From: Escherichia phage 310Ecol104PP
Reading direction: 5' to 3' (one strand)
Sequence record: OR062946.1
DNA: 64,000 bases
The stretch's first letter is position 1, and every line of letters starts with the position of its first letter. Shown piece by piece: positions 29,490 through 41,111 of this stretch. The position numbers and the translations under genes are program-made. The notes under the pieces are model-generated. The model made no database searches. It worked only from the letters and a program-made list of their open reading frames with translations, and was not told where the DNA came from.

Positions 29490-32400
29490 ATGGCCGAGAT
29501 TAAAAGAAAGTTCAGAGCAGAAGATGGTCTGGACGCAGGTGGTGATAAAATAATCAACGTAGCTTTAGCTGATCGTACCGTAGGAACTGACGGTGTTAAC
29601 GTTGATTACTTAATTCAAGAAAACACAGTTCAACAATATGATCCAACTCGTGGATATTTAAAAGATTTTGTAATCATTTATGATAACCGCTTTTGGGCTG
29701 CTATAAATGATATTCCAAAACCAGCAGGAGCTTTTAATAGCGGACGCTGGAGAGCATTACGTACGGACGCAAACTGGATTACGGTTTCATCTGGTTCATA
29801 TCAATTAAAATCCGGTGAAGCTATTTCGGTTAATACTGCAGCTGGAAATGACATCACGTTTACTTTACCGTCTTCTCCAATTGATGGTGATACTATCGTT
29901 CTCCAAGATATTGGAGGAAAACCTGGAGTTAACCAAGTTTTAATTGTAGCTTCAGTGCAAAGTATTGTAAACTTTAGAGGTGAACAGGTACGTTCAGTAC
30001 TAATGACTCATCCAAAGTCACAGCTAGTTTTATTTTTTAGTAATCGTCTGTGGCAAATGTATGTTGCTGATTATAGTAGAGAAGCTATAGTTGTAACACC
30101 AGCGAATACCTATCAAGCACAATCCAACGATTTTATCGTACGTAGATTTACTTCTGCTGCACCAATTAATGTCAAACTTCCAAGATTTGCTAATCATGGC
30201 GATATTATTAATTTCGTTGATTTGGATAAATTAAATCCACTTTATCATACAATTGTTACTACATACGATGAAACGACTTCAGTACAAGAAGTTGGAACTC
30301 ATTCCATTGAAGGCCGTACAACGATTGACGGTTTCTTGATGTTTGATGATAATGAGAAATTGTGGAGATTGTTTGACGGGGATAGTAAAGCGCGTTTACG
30401 CATTATAACGACTAATTCTAATATTCGTCCAAATGAAGAAGTTATGGTATTTGGTGCGAATAACGGAACAATTCAAACAATTGAGCTTCAGCTTCCAACT
30501 AATATTTCTGTTGGTGATACTGTTAAAATTTCCATGAATTACATGAGAAAAGGACAAACAGTTAAAATCAAAGCTGCTGATGAAGATAAAATTGCTTCTT
30601 CAGTTCAATTGCTGCAATTCCCAAAACGCTCAGAATATCCACCTGAAGCTGAATGGGTTACAGTTCAAGAATTAGTTTTTAACGGTGAAACTAATTATGT
30701 TCCAGTTTTGGAGCTTGCTTACATAGAAGATTCTGATGGAAAATATTGGGTTGTACAGCAAAACGTTCCAACTGTAGAAAGAGTAGATTCTTTAAATGAT
30801 TCTACTAGAGCAAGATTAGGCGTAATTGCTTTAGCTACACAAGCTCAAGCTAACGTCGATTTAGAAAATTCTCCACAAAAAGAATTAGCAATTACTCCAG
30901 AAACGTTAGCTAATCGTACTGCTACAGAAACTCGTAGAGGTATTGCAAGAATAGCAACTACTGCTCAAGTAAATCAGAACACCACATTCTCTTTTGCTGA
31001 CGATATTATCGTCACTCCTAAAAAGCTGAATGAAAGAACTGCTACTGAAACTCGCAGAGGTGTCGCAGAAATTGCTACGCAGCAAGAAACTAATACAGGT
31101 ACTGATGATACTACAATCATCACTCCTAAAAAGCTTCAAGCTCGCCAAGGTTCTGAGTCATTATCTGGTATTGTAACCTTTGTATCTACTGCAGGCGCTA
31201 CTCCAGCTTCTAGCCGTGAATTAAATGGTACGAATGTTTATAATAAAAACACTAATAATTTAGTTGTTTCACCTAAAGCTTTGGATCAGTATAAAGCTAC
31301 TCCAACACAACAAGGTGCAGTAATTTTAGCAGTTGAAAGTGAAGTAATTGCTGGACAAAGTCAGCAAGGATGGGCAAATGCTGTTGTAACGCCAGAAACG
31401 TTACATAAAAAAACATCAACTGATGGAAGAATTGGTTTAATTGAAATTGCTACGCAAAGTGAAGTTAATACAGGAACTGATTATACTCGTGCAGTCACTC
31501 CTAAAACTTTAAATGACCGTAAAGCAACTGAAAGTTTAAGTGGTATAGCTGAAATTGCTACACAGGTTGAATTCGACGCAGGCGTCGACGATACTCGTAT
31601 CTCTACACCATTAAAAATTAAAACTAGATTTAATAGTACTGATCGTACTTCTGTTGTTGCTCTATCTGGATTAGTTGAATCAGGAACTCTCTGGGACCAT
31701 TATACACTTAATATTCTTGAAGCAAATGAGACACAGCGTGGTACACTTCGTGTAGCTACACAGGTCGAAGCTGCTGCAGGAACATTAGATAATGTTTTAA
31801 TAACTCCTAAAAAGCTTTTAGGTACTAAATCTACCGAATCGCAAGAAGGTGTTATTAAAGTTGCAACTCAGTCTGAAACTGTGACTGGAACGTCAGCAAA
31901 TACTGCTGTATCTCCAAAAAATTTAAAATGGATTGTGCAGAGTGAACCTACTTGGGCGGCTACTACTGCGATAAGAGGTTTTGTTAAAACTTCATCTGGT
32001 TCAATTACATTCGTTGGTAATGATACAGTCGGTTCTACCCAAGATTTAGAACTGTATGAGAAAAATAGCTATGCGGTATCACCATATGAATTAAACCGTG
32101 TATTAGCAAATTATTTGCCGTTAAAAGCAAAAGCTGCTGATACAAATTTATTGGATGGTCTAGATTCATCTCAGTTCATTCGTAGGGATATTGCACAGAC
32201 GGTTAATGGTTCACTAACCTTAACCCAACAAACGAATCTGAGTGCCCCTCTTGTATCATCTAGTACTGCTACGTTTGGTGGATCAGTTTCGGCAAATAGT
32301 ACATTAACTATTTCTAACGCTGGAACAGCAACTCGTCTGATTTTTGAAAAAGGACCTCAGACTGGAACTAACCCAGCACAGACGATGACTATCAGAGTTT

Positions 32401-33359
32401 GGGGAAATCAGTTTGGCGGCGGATCAGATACAACACGTTCTACTGTATTTGAAGTTGGTGATGAAACATCTAATCACTTTTATTCTCAACGTAATAAAGC
32501 TGGGAATATAACGTTTAGCATTAATGGTACTGTGATGCCAATAAATGTTAACGCTTCAGGCACGTTAAATGCGAATGGTGTTGCAACATTTGGTCGTTCA
32601 GTTACAGCCAATGGTGAATTCATTAGCAAGTCTGCAAATGCTTTCAGAGCAATTAGTGGTGATTACGGATTCTTTATTCGCAATGATGCTGCTAATACCT
32701 ATTTTATGCTTACTGCATCTGGTGATCAGACTGGCGGATTTAATGGATTACGTCCTTTAGCTATTAATAATGCATCTGGTCAGGTTACGATTGGTGAAGG
32801 CTTAATCATTGCCAAAGGTGCTACTATAAATTCAGGTGGTTTAACTGTTAACTCGAGAATTCGTTCTCAGGGTACTAAAACATCTGATTTATACACCCGT
32901 GCGCCAACATCTGATACTGTAGGATTCTGGTCAATCGATATTAACGATTCAGCCACTTATAACCAGTTCCCGGGTTATTTTAAAATGGTTGAAAAAACTA
33001 ATGAAGTGACTGGACTTCCATACTTAGAGCGTGGTGAAGAAGTTAAATCTCCTGGTACATTGACTCAGTTTGGTAATACACTTGATTCGCTTTACCAAGA
33101 TTGGATTACTTATCCAACGACACCAGAAGCGCGTACCACTCGCTGGACACGCACATGGCAGAAAACCAAAAACTCTTGGTCAAGTTTTGTTCAGGTATTT
33201 GACGGAGGTAACCCTCCTCAACCGTCTGATATCGGTGCTTTACCATCTGATAATGCTACAATGGGGAATCTTACTATTCGTGACTTCTTACGAATTGGTA
33301 ATGTTCGCATTGTTCCTGACCCAGTAAATAAAACGGTTAAATTTGAATGGGTTGAATAA
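29490..33359 (+). CDS. 34: long tail fibre proximal subunit gp34
   Basis: 1289 aa, same length as T4 gp34; internal repeats of the ...TATETRRG.A.IAT... motif. Confidence 0.92.
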   Translation: MAEIKRKFRAEDGLDAGGDKIINVALADRTVGTDGVNVDYLIQENTVQQYDPTRGYLKDFVIIYDNRFWAAINDIPKPAGAFNSGRWRALRTDANWITVSSGSYQLKSGEAISVNTAAGNDITFTLPSSPIDGDTIVLQDIGGKPGVNQVLIVASVQSIVNFRGEQVRSVLMTHPKSQLVLFFSNRLWQMYVADYSREAIVVTPANTYQAQSNDFIVRRFTSAAPINVKLPRFANHGDIINFVDLDKLNPLYHTIVTTYDETTSVQEVGTHSIEGRTTIDGFLMFDDNEKLWRLFDGDSKARLRIITTNSNIRPNEEVMVFGANNGTIQTIELQLPTNISVGDTVKISMNYMRKGQTVKIKAADEDKIASSVQLLQFPKRSEYPPEAEWVTVQELVFNGETNYVPVLELAYIEDSDGKYWVVQQNVPTVERVDSLNDSTRARLGVIALATQAQANVDLENSPQKELAITPETLANRTATETRRGIARIATTAQVNQNTTFSFADDIIVTPKKLNERTATETRRGVAEIATQQETNTGTDDTTIITPKKLQARQGSESLSGIVTFVSTAGATPASSRELNGTNVYNKNTNNLVVSPKALDQYKATPTQQGAVILAVESEVIAGQSQQGWANAVVTPETLHKKTSTDGRIGLIEIATQSEVNTGTDYTRAVTPKTLNDRKATESLSGIAEIATQVEFDAGVDDTRISTPLKIKTRFNSTDRTSVVALSGLVESGTLWDHYTLNILEANETQRGTLRVATQVEAAAGTLDNVLITPKKLLGTKSTESQEGVIKVATQSETVTGTSANTAVSPKNLKWIVQSEPTWAATTAIRGFVKTSSGSITFVGNDTVGSTQDLELYEKNSYAVSPYELNRVLANYLPLKAKAADTNLLDGLDSSQFIRRDIAQTVNGSLTLTQQTNLSAPLVSSSTATFGGSVSANSTLTISNAGTATRLIFEKGPQTGTNPAQTMTIRVWGNQFGGGSDTTRSTVFEVGDETSNHFYSQRNKAGNITFSINGTVMPINVNASGTLNANGVATFGRSVTANGEFISKSANAFRAISGDYGFFIRNDAANTYFMLTASGDQTGGFNGLRPLAINNASGQVTIGEGLIIAKGATINSGGLTVNSRIRSQGTKTSDLYTRAPTSDTVGFWSIDINDSATYNQFPGYFKMVEKTNEVTGLPYLERGEEVKSPGTLTQFGNTLDSLYQDWITYPTTPEARTTRWTRTWQKTKNSWSSFVQVFDGGNPPQPSDIGALPSDNATMGNLTIRDFLRIGNVRIVPDPVNKTVKFEWVE
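30890..31950 (+). repeat. degenerate in-frame repeats (about 40 codons each) within gene 34
   Basis: At least five copies of TPxxL..R.ATE...G.A.IATQ.E...GTDDT motif in the translation (approximate span). Confidence 0.7.
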
Positions 33360-33367
33360 GAGGTATT

Positions 33368-34486
33368 ATGGAAAAATTTATGGCAGAGTTTGGACAAGGA
33401 TATGTCCAAACGCCATTTTTATCGGAAAGCAATTCAGTAAGATACAAAATAAGTATAGCGGGTTCTTGCCCGCTTTCTACTGCAGGACCACCATATGTTA
33501 AATTTCAGGATAATCCTGTAGGAAGTCAAACATTTAGCGCAGGACTTCATTTAAGAGTTTTTGACCCTTCCACCGGAGCATTAGTTGATAGTAAGTCATA
33601 TGCTTTTTCGACTTCAAATGATACTACATCAGCTGCCTTTGTTAGTTTCATGAATTCTATTTCAAGCAATAGACTTGTTGCTATATTAACTAACGGAAAG
33701 GTTAATTTTCCTCCTGAAGTAGCATCTTGGTTAAGAACCGCCGGAACGTCTGCTTTTCCATCTGACTCTGTATTGTCAAGATTCGACGTATCATATGCTG
33801 CTTTTTATACTTCTTCTAAAAGAGCTATTGCATTAGAGCATGTTAAACTGAGTAATAGAAAAAGTACAGATGATTATCAAACTATTTTAGATGTTGTATT
33901 TGACAGTTTAGAAGACGTCGGAGCTACCGGGTTTCCAAGAAGAACGTATGAAAGCGTTGAACAATTCATGTCAGCGGTTGGTGGAACTAATAACGAAATT
34001 GCGCGTCTACCGACTTCAGCTGCTATAAGTAAATTATCTGATTATAATTTAATTCCTGGTGATGTTCTTTATCTTAAAGCTCAGTTATATGCTGATGCTG
34101 ATTTACTTGCTCTTGGAACTACAAATATATCTATCCGTTTTTATAATGCATCTAACGGATATATTTCTTCAACACAGGCTGAATTTACTGGGCAAGCTGG
34201 GTCTTGGGAATTAAAGGAAGATTATGTAGTTGTTCCAGAAAACGCAGTAGGATTTACGATATATGCACAGAGAACTGCACAAGCTGGCCAAGGTGGCATG
34301 AGAAATTTAAGCTTTTCTGAAGTATCAAGAAACGGCGGTATTTCAAAACCTGCTGAATTTGGCGTCAATGGTATTCGTGTTAATTATATCTGTGAATCTG
34401 CTTCACCTCCGGATATAATGGTACTTCCTACGCAAGCATCGTCTAAAACTGGTAAAGTGTTTGGGCAAGAATTTAGAGAAGTATAA
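33368..34486 (+). CDS. 35: long tail fibre hinge protein gp35
   Basis: 372 aa, same length as T4 gp35; translationally coupled to gene 34. Confidence 0.88.
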   Translation: MEKFMAEFGQGYVQTPFLSESNSVRYKISIAGSCPLSTAGPPYVKFQDNPVGSQTFSAGLHLRVFDPSTGALVDSKSYAFSTSNDTTSAAFVSFMNSISSNRLVAILTNGKVNFPPEVASWLRTAGTSAFPSDSVLSRFDVSYAAFYTSSKRAIALEHVKLSNRKSTDDYQTILDVVFDSLEDVGATGFPRRTYESVEQFMSAVGGTNNEIARLPTSAAISKLSDYNLIPGDVLYLKAQLYADADLLALGTTNISIRFYNASNGYISSTQAEFTGQAGSWELKEDYVVVPENAVGFTIYAQRTAQAGQGGMRNLSFSEVSRNGGISKPAEFGVNGIRVNYICESASPPDIMVLPTQASSKTGKVFGQEFREV

Positions 34487-34490
34487 ATTG

Positions 34491-34508
34491 AGGGAGCCTT
34501 CGGGTTCC
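34491..34508 (+). terminator. hairpin GGGAGCC-UUCG-GGUUCCC followed by U-run after gene 35
   Basis: 7 bp stem (one G-U pair) with UUCG loop, then TTTTTCTTT. Confidence 0.6.
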
Positions 34509-34516
34509 CTTTTTCT

Positions 34517-34524
34517 TTATAAAT
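34517..34524 (+). promoter_or_regulatory. T4 late promoter TATAAATA for gene 36
   Basis: Exact consensus about 25 nt upstream of ATG. Confidence 0.7.
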
Positions 34525-34548
34525 ACTATTAAAATAAAGGGGCATACA

Positions 34549-35238
34549 ATGGCTGATTTAAAAGTAGGTTCAACAACTGGAGGCTCTGTCATTTGGCATC
34601 AAGGAAATTTTCCATTGAATCCAGCCGGTGACGATGTACTCTATAAATCATTTAAAATATATTCAGAATATAATAAACCACAAGCTGCTGATAACGATTT
34701 CGTTTCTAAAGCTAACGGTGGCACAAAGTCTCAGGGTTTCCAAAAAGAAGTAGAATTTAGAGAAGGCGTTAAGATTTCTGCAACGTTTTCTGGCGGTTCA
34801 GACCTGAACGGGTTATATTCTGGCAATGGAGATGGAGCTTCCAGAGAAAAAGCTAACATGGATTTACGTTCATGGTACGGCATTGGTATTTGGAACACAT
34901 GTACGGGTGATGGGATCCAGGGACGCACAATCTGGTTTAATGCCAGGCGTGGTACAGTTGAAACAGTTGGCGATATTGTTTCAGACCGACAAGTTATTTC
35001 TAATGCTTCAGGACCGACCGGCCCAGCACACTTAACTCGTAAAGATTATGTTGATGGAGCAATAAATACTGTTACAGCAAATGCGAACTCTAGAGTGCTA
35101 CGGTCTGGTGACACCATGACAGGTAATTTAACAGCGCCAAACTTTTTCTCGCAGAATCCTGCATCTCAACCTTCACATGTTCCACGATTTGACCAAATCG
35201 TAATTAAGGATTCTGTACAAGATTTCGGCTATTATTAA
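34549..35238 (+). CDS. 36: long tail fibre distal connector gp36
   Basis: 229 aa (T4 gp36 is 221 aa); position between 35 and 37. Confidence 0.85.
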   Translation: MADLKVGSTTGGSVIWHQGNFPLNPAGDDVLYKSFKIYSEYNKPQAADNDFVSKANGGTKSQGFQKEVEFREGVKISATFSGGSDLNGLYSGNGDGASREKANMDLRSWYGIGIWNTCTGDGIQGRTIWFNARRGTVETVGDIVSDRQVISNASGPTGPAHLTRKDYVDGAINTVTANANSRVLRSGDTMTGNLTAPNFFSQNPASQPSHVPRFDQIVIKDSVQDFGYY

Positions 35239-35246
35239 GAGGACTT

Positions 35247-38200
35247 ATGGCTACTTTAAAACAAATACAATTTAAAAGAAGCAAAACCGCAGGTGCACGT
35301 CCTGCTGCTTCAGTATTAGCCGAAGGTGAATTGGCTATAAACTTAAAAGATAGAACAATTTTTACTAAAGATGATTCAGGAAATATCATCGATTTAAGCA
35401 TTTCTGCTGGTGGTAATATCAGTGGAAATGTAACTATTGATGGAACTTTACGCGTCAATGGACCAATAAACAATTTTGGAAATTTTTCCACAAGTGGTAC
35501 TATTACGGCAAGTAATATTGTTTCTGCTACAGTATTCAGATCAACATCCGGTTCATTTTATACAAGAGCAATAAATGATACTGCAAATGCCCATCTTTGG
35601 TTTGAAAATACAAATGGCTCAGAACGTGGCGTTTTATATTCAAAACCGCAGTCTGAAAATGAAGGCGTAATTACAATGCGTGTTCGTCAAGGAACCGCTG
35701 CGGGAGCTCAAAATTCAGAATTTCATTTCATTTCTACTGATGGCGGTATCTTCCAGGCACGCAAATTAACTGCTTTAACTTCTATTAGTACACCAACTAT
35801 TAGTGTTAATTTAATTAATCATGATTCTAAAGCCTTTGGACAATACGATTCACAATCATTAGTTCAGTATGTTTATCCTGGAACCGGTGAAACAAATGGT
35901 GTAAACTATCTTCGTAAAGTTCGAGCTAAATCAGGTGGCACTATGTGGCATGAGCTTTGTACTGCTCAGACTGGCCAGGCTGATGAAATGTCTTGGTGGA
36001 CAGGTAATACTCCATCATCTAAACAATATGGCATTCGTAATGACGGACGAATGGCAGGCCGTAATAGCCTTGCATTAGGTACATTCACTACAAATTTCCC
36101 GTCTAGTGATTATGGCAACGTCGGTGTAATGGGCGATAAATATCTTGTTCTCGGTGACACTGTAACTGGCTTGTCATACAAAAAAACTGGTGTATTTGAT
36201 CTAGTTGGCGGTGGATATTCTGTTGCTTCTATTACTCCTGACAGTTTCCGTAGTACTCGTAAAGGTATATTTGGTCGTTCCGAGGACCAAGGCACCACAT
36301 GGATTATGCCTGGCACTAATGCCGCTTTCTTGTCTGTTCAAACGCAAGCTGATAATAACAATGCTGGAGACGGCCAGACGCATATTGGGTACAATGCTGG
36401 CGGTAAAATGAGTCATTATTTCCGCGGTAAAGGCAAAACTAATATTAATACTCAGGAAGGTGTAGACGTTAACCCGGGTATATTGAAGTTAACCACCGGC
36501 GGTGAAAGTATTAGCTTTAATGCCGCAACTGGAAGTATTAATTCTACATTAGCTTTTCGTCTTAATAAAGGCATAATTATTGATGGACCTGATAATCAGG
36601 GATTCCAGTTTAACGCCCCGACGGCTGCAGATGGTACTAGAAGTATATACTGGAACAGTGGTACTCGCGCAGGTCAAAACAAAAGCCCTGTTACAGTTAA
36701 AGTGTGGGGTAATTCATTTAACGCATCGGGCGATCGTGCTCGTGAAACGGTTTTTGAAGTAGCTGATGGGCAAGGTTTCCATTTTTATTCTCAACGTGTA
36801 GCTCCTGCGCCTGGTTCTACCGTCGGACCTATTCAATTTCGAGTTAATGGTGGTTTATTAACTTCTGGTGGTATTACATCATCTGGTTCTATTGTTACTG
36901 AATCAAGTTTAGTTGCCAATAATGGCATGTCAGTAAATGGTCAGGCTAAATTTGGCGGAACAGCAAACGCACTGAGAATTTGGAACGCTGAATACGGTGT
37001 TATTTTCCGTCGTTCTGAAAGTAACTTTTATATTATTCCAACCAATCAAAATGAAGGCGAAAGTGGAGACATTCACAGCTCTTTAAGACCTGTGAGAATA
37101 GGATTAAACGATGGCATGGTTGGGTTAGGAAGAGATTCTTTTATAGTAGATCAAAATAATGCTTTAACTACGATAAACAGTAACTCTCGCATTAATGCCA
37201 ACTTTAGAATGCAATTAGGACAAAATGCTTATATAGATATTGAGGCTTCTGATGGAGTTCGCCCAACAGGTTGTGGTTCATTTGCATCTCAGAATGACGT
37301 AAACGTCAGAGCTCCAATTTATATGAATATAGAGCGTACTGCTACTTCTGAATACATTCCTATTGTTAAACAACGGTATGTAAAAGGTGATAGTACTTAT
37401 TCTATTGGTACATTGATTTCTCAGGGAGACTTCCGCGTTCATTATCACCAGGGTACTAGTACTACCGGTACTGATTTAAGCTGGGAATTCCGTCGCAATG
37501 GTGATTTCCGCGCGGCAGGTAAAATTATTGCCGGTGCTGCTACTTTTGGCACTGATGGTAATATCACGGGCGGTTCAGGAAACTTTGCTAACCTGAATAC
37601 CACATTAAATCGTAAGGTAAATTCCGGATTTGTAACATACGGTGCAACGGCCGGATGGTACAAATTCGCTACAGTAACGATGCCACAATCTACTTCTACT
37701 GTTTCATTTACTATAACTGGTGGTAAAGGATTTAATACCGGACTGTTTACACAATGTGCTATAACAGAAATTGTTCTTCGTACTGGTAATGACCGCCCAG
37801 CAGGTTTAAACGCTGTGATGTATACCAGAACAGCTGCAGGTCTTACTGATATTGCTGTAGTTAATACCTCAGGAAATACATATGATATCTATGTTGAATC
37901 TGGTACTTATGCCAATCAATTAGCTTATACATGGCATACAGTTGATAATGCTACAGTAGAAGTTATCGGCGCTTTTGGTCCTACTCAAGACCCGGTAGAT
38001 TCTTTGCCGGCTGATTATGTTAAAGGCCAAGTAGCTAACATGCTTAACAACCTGGTAAACACAGGTAAAGCAAAACGTTATGTAGCAGAATCTGAAATTG
38101 CTATTAATAACCAAACGGGTCTTCGTATTACGAGTAATTCTGATAGATCAGGTTCTAATTCCGTTTTATTTCGAAATGACGGTGGAAGCTTCTATATTTT

Positions 38201-39170
38201 ACTGACTGACAAAAACTCTTCAGACGGCGATAATAAAGCAACTGAAGGCGATTGGAATGGAAAACGACCGTTTTCAATCGATATGACTGCTGGTACTGTT
38301 CGTCTTGGCGAAAATACTTCTTTTGATAAAGATATTACTATTAATGGAAACATTAATTCACGAGTTAAAGCTGCCGGACAATGGAGTGTTAGCTTTTCTG
38401 CTATTTCAGATGTGACTCGCGACAATTCTGCATTCTTAGCGAATACGGGTGGCATTTCCAAGACAAGTCAAGCTTATTACCCGCTATTTTCTGGATACAG
38501 TTTTTTAACTGACGCGGGTTATCGACAATCGTTTGAATTTGGATGGTTAGGTGTTTCTGGTACTTGGCGCCAAGGCATTATTCGCATGCGTGGTGACAAC
38601 GCATCGGGGCAACAGGCTCGTTGGACTTTTGATATGGATGGAACATTTTATGCTCCTATACTATCATGCGGATCTGCGAGAGCATTCGGTGTCAATACAT
38701 CAAATGGTCTCGGTGGAAACAGTATAACATTTGGTGATAGCGATACCGGTATTAAGCAAAACGGCGATGGATTATTAGACATTTATGCGAATGGTGTGCA
38801 AACGTTCCGTTTCCAGAACGGTGATTTATACTCATATAAAAATATAAATGCCCCAAACGTTTATATTCGTTCTGATATTCGCTTAAAATCTAATTTCAAA
38901 CCTATCGAAAATGCACTTGATAAAGTTGAAAAACTCAATGGTGTCATTTATGATAAAGCTGAATATATCGGTGGAGAGGCAATTGAAACTGAAGCGGGTA
39001 TTGTGGCTCAAACGTTACAAGACGTTTTACCAGAAGCCGTCCGTGAAACAGAAGACAGCAAGGGTAATAAAATACTCACTGTTTCTTCTCAAGCCCAGAT
39101 TGCTCTTCTGGTTGAAGCTGTGAAAACGCTTTCTTCTCGTGTAAAAGAACTTGAATCTAAACTTATGTAA
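35247..39170 (+). CDS. 37: long tail fibre distal subunit gp37, T2-type with C-terminal intramolecular chaperone domain
   Basis: 1307 aa; N-terminus [22 protein letters not shown]...; C-terminal SDIRLKSNF...[15 protein letters not shown] resembles self-cleaving chaperone domains of tail spikes. Confidence 0.9.
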   Translation: MATLKQIQFKRSKTAGARPAASVLAEGELAINLKDRTIFTKDDSGNIIDLSISAGGNISGNVTIDGTLRVNGPINNFGNFSTSGTITASNIVSATVFRSTSGSFYTRAINDTANAHLWFENTNGSERGVLYSKPQSENEGVITMRVRQGTAAGAQNSEFHFISTDGGIFQARKLTALTSISTPTISVNLINHDSKAFGQYDSQSLVQYVYPGTGETNGVNYLRKVRAKSGGTMWHELCTAQTGQADEMSWWTGNTPSSKQYGIRNDGRMAGRNSLALGTFTTNFPSSDYGNVGVMGDKYLVLGDTVTGLSYKKTGVFDLVGGGYSVASITPDSFRSTRKGIFGRSEDQGTTWIMPGTNAAFLSVQTQADNNNAGDGQTHIGYNAGGKMSHYFRGKGKTNINTQEGVDVNPGILKLTTGGESISFNAATGSINSTLAFRLNKGIIIDGPDNQGFQFNAPTAADGTRSIYWNSGTRAGQNKSPVTVKVWGNSFNASGDRARETVFEVADGQGFHFYSQRVAPAPGSTVGPIQFRVNGGLLTSGGITSSGSIVTESSLVANNGMSVNGQAKFGGTANALRIWNAEYGVIFRRSESNFYIIPTNQNEGESGDIHSSLRPVRIGLNDGMVGLGRDSFIVDQNNALTTINSNSRINANFRMQLGQNAYIDIEASDGVRPTGCGSFASQNDVNVRAPIYMNIERTATSEYIPIVKQRYVKGDSTYSIGTLISQGDFRVHYHQGTSTTGTDLSWEFRRNGDFRAAGKIIAGAATFGTDGNITGGSGNFANLNTTLNRKVNSGFVTYGATAGWYKFATVTMPQSTSTVSFTITGGKGFNTGLFTQCAITEIVLRTGNDRPAGLNAVMYTRTAAGLTDIAVVNTSGNTYDIYVESGTYANQLAYTWHTVDNATVEVIGAFGPTQDPVDSLPADYVKGQVANMLNNLVNTGKAKRYVAESEIAINNQTGLRITSNSDRSGSNSVLFRNDGGSFYILLTDKNSSDGDNKATEGDWNGKRPFSIDMTAGTVRLGENTSFDKDITINGNINSRVKAAGQWSVSFSAISDVTRDNSAFLANTGGISKTSQAYYPLFSGYSFLTDAGYRQSFEFGWLGVSGTWRQGIIRMRGDNASGQQARWTFDMDGTFYAPILSCGSARAFGVNTSNGLGGNSITFGDSDTGIKQNGDGLLDIYANGVQTFRFQNGDLYSYKNINAPNVYIRSDIRLKSNFKPIENALDKVEKLNGVIYDKAEYIGGEAIETEAGIVAQTLQDVLPEAVRETEDSKGNKILTVSSQAQIALLVEAVKTLSSRVKELESKLM
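38871..39167 (+). other. C-terminal intramolecular chaperone / autoproteolysis domain of gp37
   Basis: Motif S-D-I-R-L-K at the predicted cleavage serine, followed by a coiled-coil-like tail. Confidence 0.6.
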
Positions 39171-39171
39171 A

Positions 39172-39189
39172 AGAGGGCTTCGGCCCTCT
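39172..39189 (+). terminator. hairpin AGAGGGC-UUCG-GCCCUCU after gene 37
   Basis: Perfect 7 bp stem with UUCG loop; weak U tract, so possibly a stabiliser rather than a strong terminator. Confidence 0.45.
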
Positions 39190-39201
39190 AAGGATTTTTA
39201 A

Positions 39202-39984
39202 ATGGCAATTGTAGGTGTTCCTGGCTGGATTGGCGAATCTGCCGTGAATGAAACTGGACAACGTTGGATGGATGCTGCGATGAGAGAAGTTCGTGTTTCA
39301 GTTCCCGGTTGGATGAGCTCAATGGCTGGGCAATCTAAAGAGATTCATTATAGCATTGGTGCTAGTAACTCTTACAATAAAGACACTCTTATTAACTGGA
39401 TGAAAGCACAAGGATCTACTCCGGTAGTAATTACTATCACGGGTAATATTGTTTCCCAATCTACTGGCGTTCCTTGTCTTGACTTCCCTAGCTCGTTAAC
39501 TAATGCATATGTTACGTTGATCATTAACTCCGGTGTGACTGTCTACGGTCGCGGTGGCAATGGTGGTAGTAACGCTGCTGGTGCTGCTGGTGGTAACGCA
39601 ATCAATAACGCTATCGGTACACGTCTACGAATTACAAATAACGGTGCAATCGCTGGAGGTGGCGGCGGCGGTGGCGGCGGTAACAGGGGTAAACTAATAT
39701 TTGGTGGTGGCGGTGGTCGCCCATTCGGTGCTGGTGGGTCTTCCTCTCATATGAGTTCCGGTGCAACTGCTGGTACTATTTCCGCTCCTGGTAAAGGATC
39801 TGTTGGTGAGGGGTCTCTTAGTGCATATACAGGCGGTTCGGGTGGTAATGTCGGTGCTGCTGGAGGAAGATGTAATATTCGCGGTCAAGGATCAGAATAT
39901 AACGGCGGTGCGGCCGGTAAAGCTGTTACTGGTAATGCTCCAACTTGGACTAAGGTTGGTACAATATATGGTTCAAGAGTATAA
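39202..39984 (+). CDS. 38: receptor-recognising adhesin gp38 (T2-type, glycine-rich motifs)
   Basis: 260 aa with several poly-Gly runs (GGGGGGGGG, GGGGG, GGSGG) separating short variable segments. Confidence 0.85.
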   Translation: MAIVGVPGWIGESAVNETGQRWMDAAMREVRVSVPGWMSSMAGQSKEIHYSIGASNSYNKDTLINWMKAQGSTPVVITITGNIVSQSTGVPCLDFPSSLTNAYVTLIINSGVTVYGRGGNGGSNAAGAAGGNAINNAIGTRLRITNNGAIAGGGGGGGGGNRGKLIFGGGGGRPFGAGGSSSHMSSGATAGTISAPGKGSVGEGSLSAYTGGSGGNVGAAGGRCNIRGQGSEYNGGAAGKAVTGNAPTWTKVGTIYGSRV

Positions 39985-40016
39985 TTTTTGAATAAATATC
40001 CTTAAAAGGAGGGTCT

Positions 40017-40673
40017 ATGGCAGCACCTAGAATATCATTTTCGCCCTCTGATATTCTATTTGGTGTTCTAGATCGCTTGTTCAAAGATAACGCTACCGGG
40101 AAAGTTCTTGCTTCCCGGGTAGCTGTCGTAATTCTTTTATTTATGATGGCGATTGTTTGGTATAGGGGAGATAGTTTCTTTGAGTACTATAAGCAATCAA
40201 AGTATGAAACATACAGTGAAATTATTGAAAAGGAAAGAAATGCACGCTTTGAATCTGTCGCCCTGGAACAACTCCAGATAGTTCATATATCATCTGAGGC
40301 AGACTTTAGTGCGGTGTATTCTTTCCGCCCTAAAAACTTAAACTATTTTGTTGATATTATAGCATACGAAGGAAGATTACCTTCAACAATAACTGAAAAA
40401 TCACTTGGAGGATATCCTGTTGATAAAACTATGGATGAATATATAGTTCATTTAAATGGACGTCATTATTATTCTGACTCAAAATTTGCTTTTTTACCAA
40501 CTAAAAAGCCTACTCCCGAAATAAACTACATGTACAGTTGTCCATATTTTAATTTGGATAATATCTATGCTGGAACGATAACCATGTACTGGTATAGAAA
40601 TGATCATATAAGTAATGACCGCCTTGAATCAATATGCGCTCAGGCGGCCAGAATATTAGGAAGGGCTAAATAA
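40017..40673 (+). CDS. t: holin T
   Basis: 218 aa; MAAPRISFSPSDILFGVLDRLFKDN...; single N-proximal TMD and large periplasmic domain; same length as T4 T. Confidence 0.92.
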   Translation: MAAPRISFSPSDILFGVLDRLFKDNATGKVLASRVAVVILLFMMAIVWYRGDSFFEYYKQSKYETYSEIIEKERNARFESVALEQLQIVHISSEADFSAVYSFRPKNLNYFVDIIAYEGRLPSTITEKSLGGYPVDKTMDEYIVHLNGRHYYSDSKFAFLPTKKPTPEINYMYSCPYFNLDNIYAGTITMYWYRNDHISNDRLESICAQAARILGRAK

Positions 40674-40946
40674 TTATTTGTTCGTATACATCTCTAGATA
40701 TCGATATACACCCTCAAAACCCTCGTTGAATTCGTCGATGAGGGTTTTCTTATCTTCTTGAGTTAATTCAGAAACAATTTTACGGAATGAATTCTGATTT
40801 AATTTTCTACCTTCATGCGTTACTCCAATCTCATTCAGAAATGCAATAAAATTAGCACGATTTTCAACAATATCTTCTCTGGAAAATTTAATCAAAATAG
40901 ACGCAACAGTAATAATTTCACGAACTGTATCAATGTTTTTATTCAT
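40674..40946 (-). CDS. asiA: anti-sigma-70 factor AsiA
   Basis: 90 aa ORF MNKNIDTVREIITVASILIKF... matching T4 AsiA. Confidence 0.88.
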   Translation of the reverse strand: MNKNIDTVREIITVASILIKFSREDIVENRANFIAFLNEIGVTHEGRKLNQNSFRKIVSELTQEDKKTLIDEFNEGFEGVYRYLEMYTNK

Positions 40947-40958
40947 TAACTATACCAC

Positions 40959-41111
40959 TCAATTAGTTGACTTTGTTATAATATCATCAGACGCTTGATT
41001 TGTAAACTGGTCTGTGTTATTTTCTTCAAAAATTTTTTCTACGAATTCCTTGAACGACTCACGTTCCTGAGCTACATTATGCTCGATTACCTTTTCAAGA
41101 TTATGACTCAT
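40959..41111 (-). CDS. small acidic ORF, 50 aa (not in supplied ORF track)
   Basis: ATG overlaps the arn stop codon in an ATGA arrangement. Confidence 0.35.
   Translation of the reverse strand: MSHNLEKVIEHNVAQERESFKEFVEKIFEENNTDQFTNQASDDIITKSTN

Noticed and set aside
30906-31148. Minus-strand ORFs inside the tail-fibre genes (for example 30906-31148, 36110-36416, 37445-37663, 38192-38461)
   Set aside because: Embedded antisense in the long, well-supported gene 34 and 37 reading frames; no ribosome-binding sites.
39979-39998. Possible late promoter upstream of holin t
   Set aside because: Only TATAATTT and AATAAATA variants are present, not the exact TATAAATA consensus.
40671-40676. Convergent holin t and asiA with abutting stop codons
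   Set aside because: Noted as a possible site of antisense overlap, but this is the same arrangement as in T4 and no extra element is visible.
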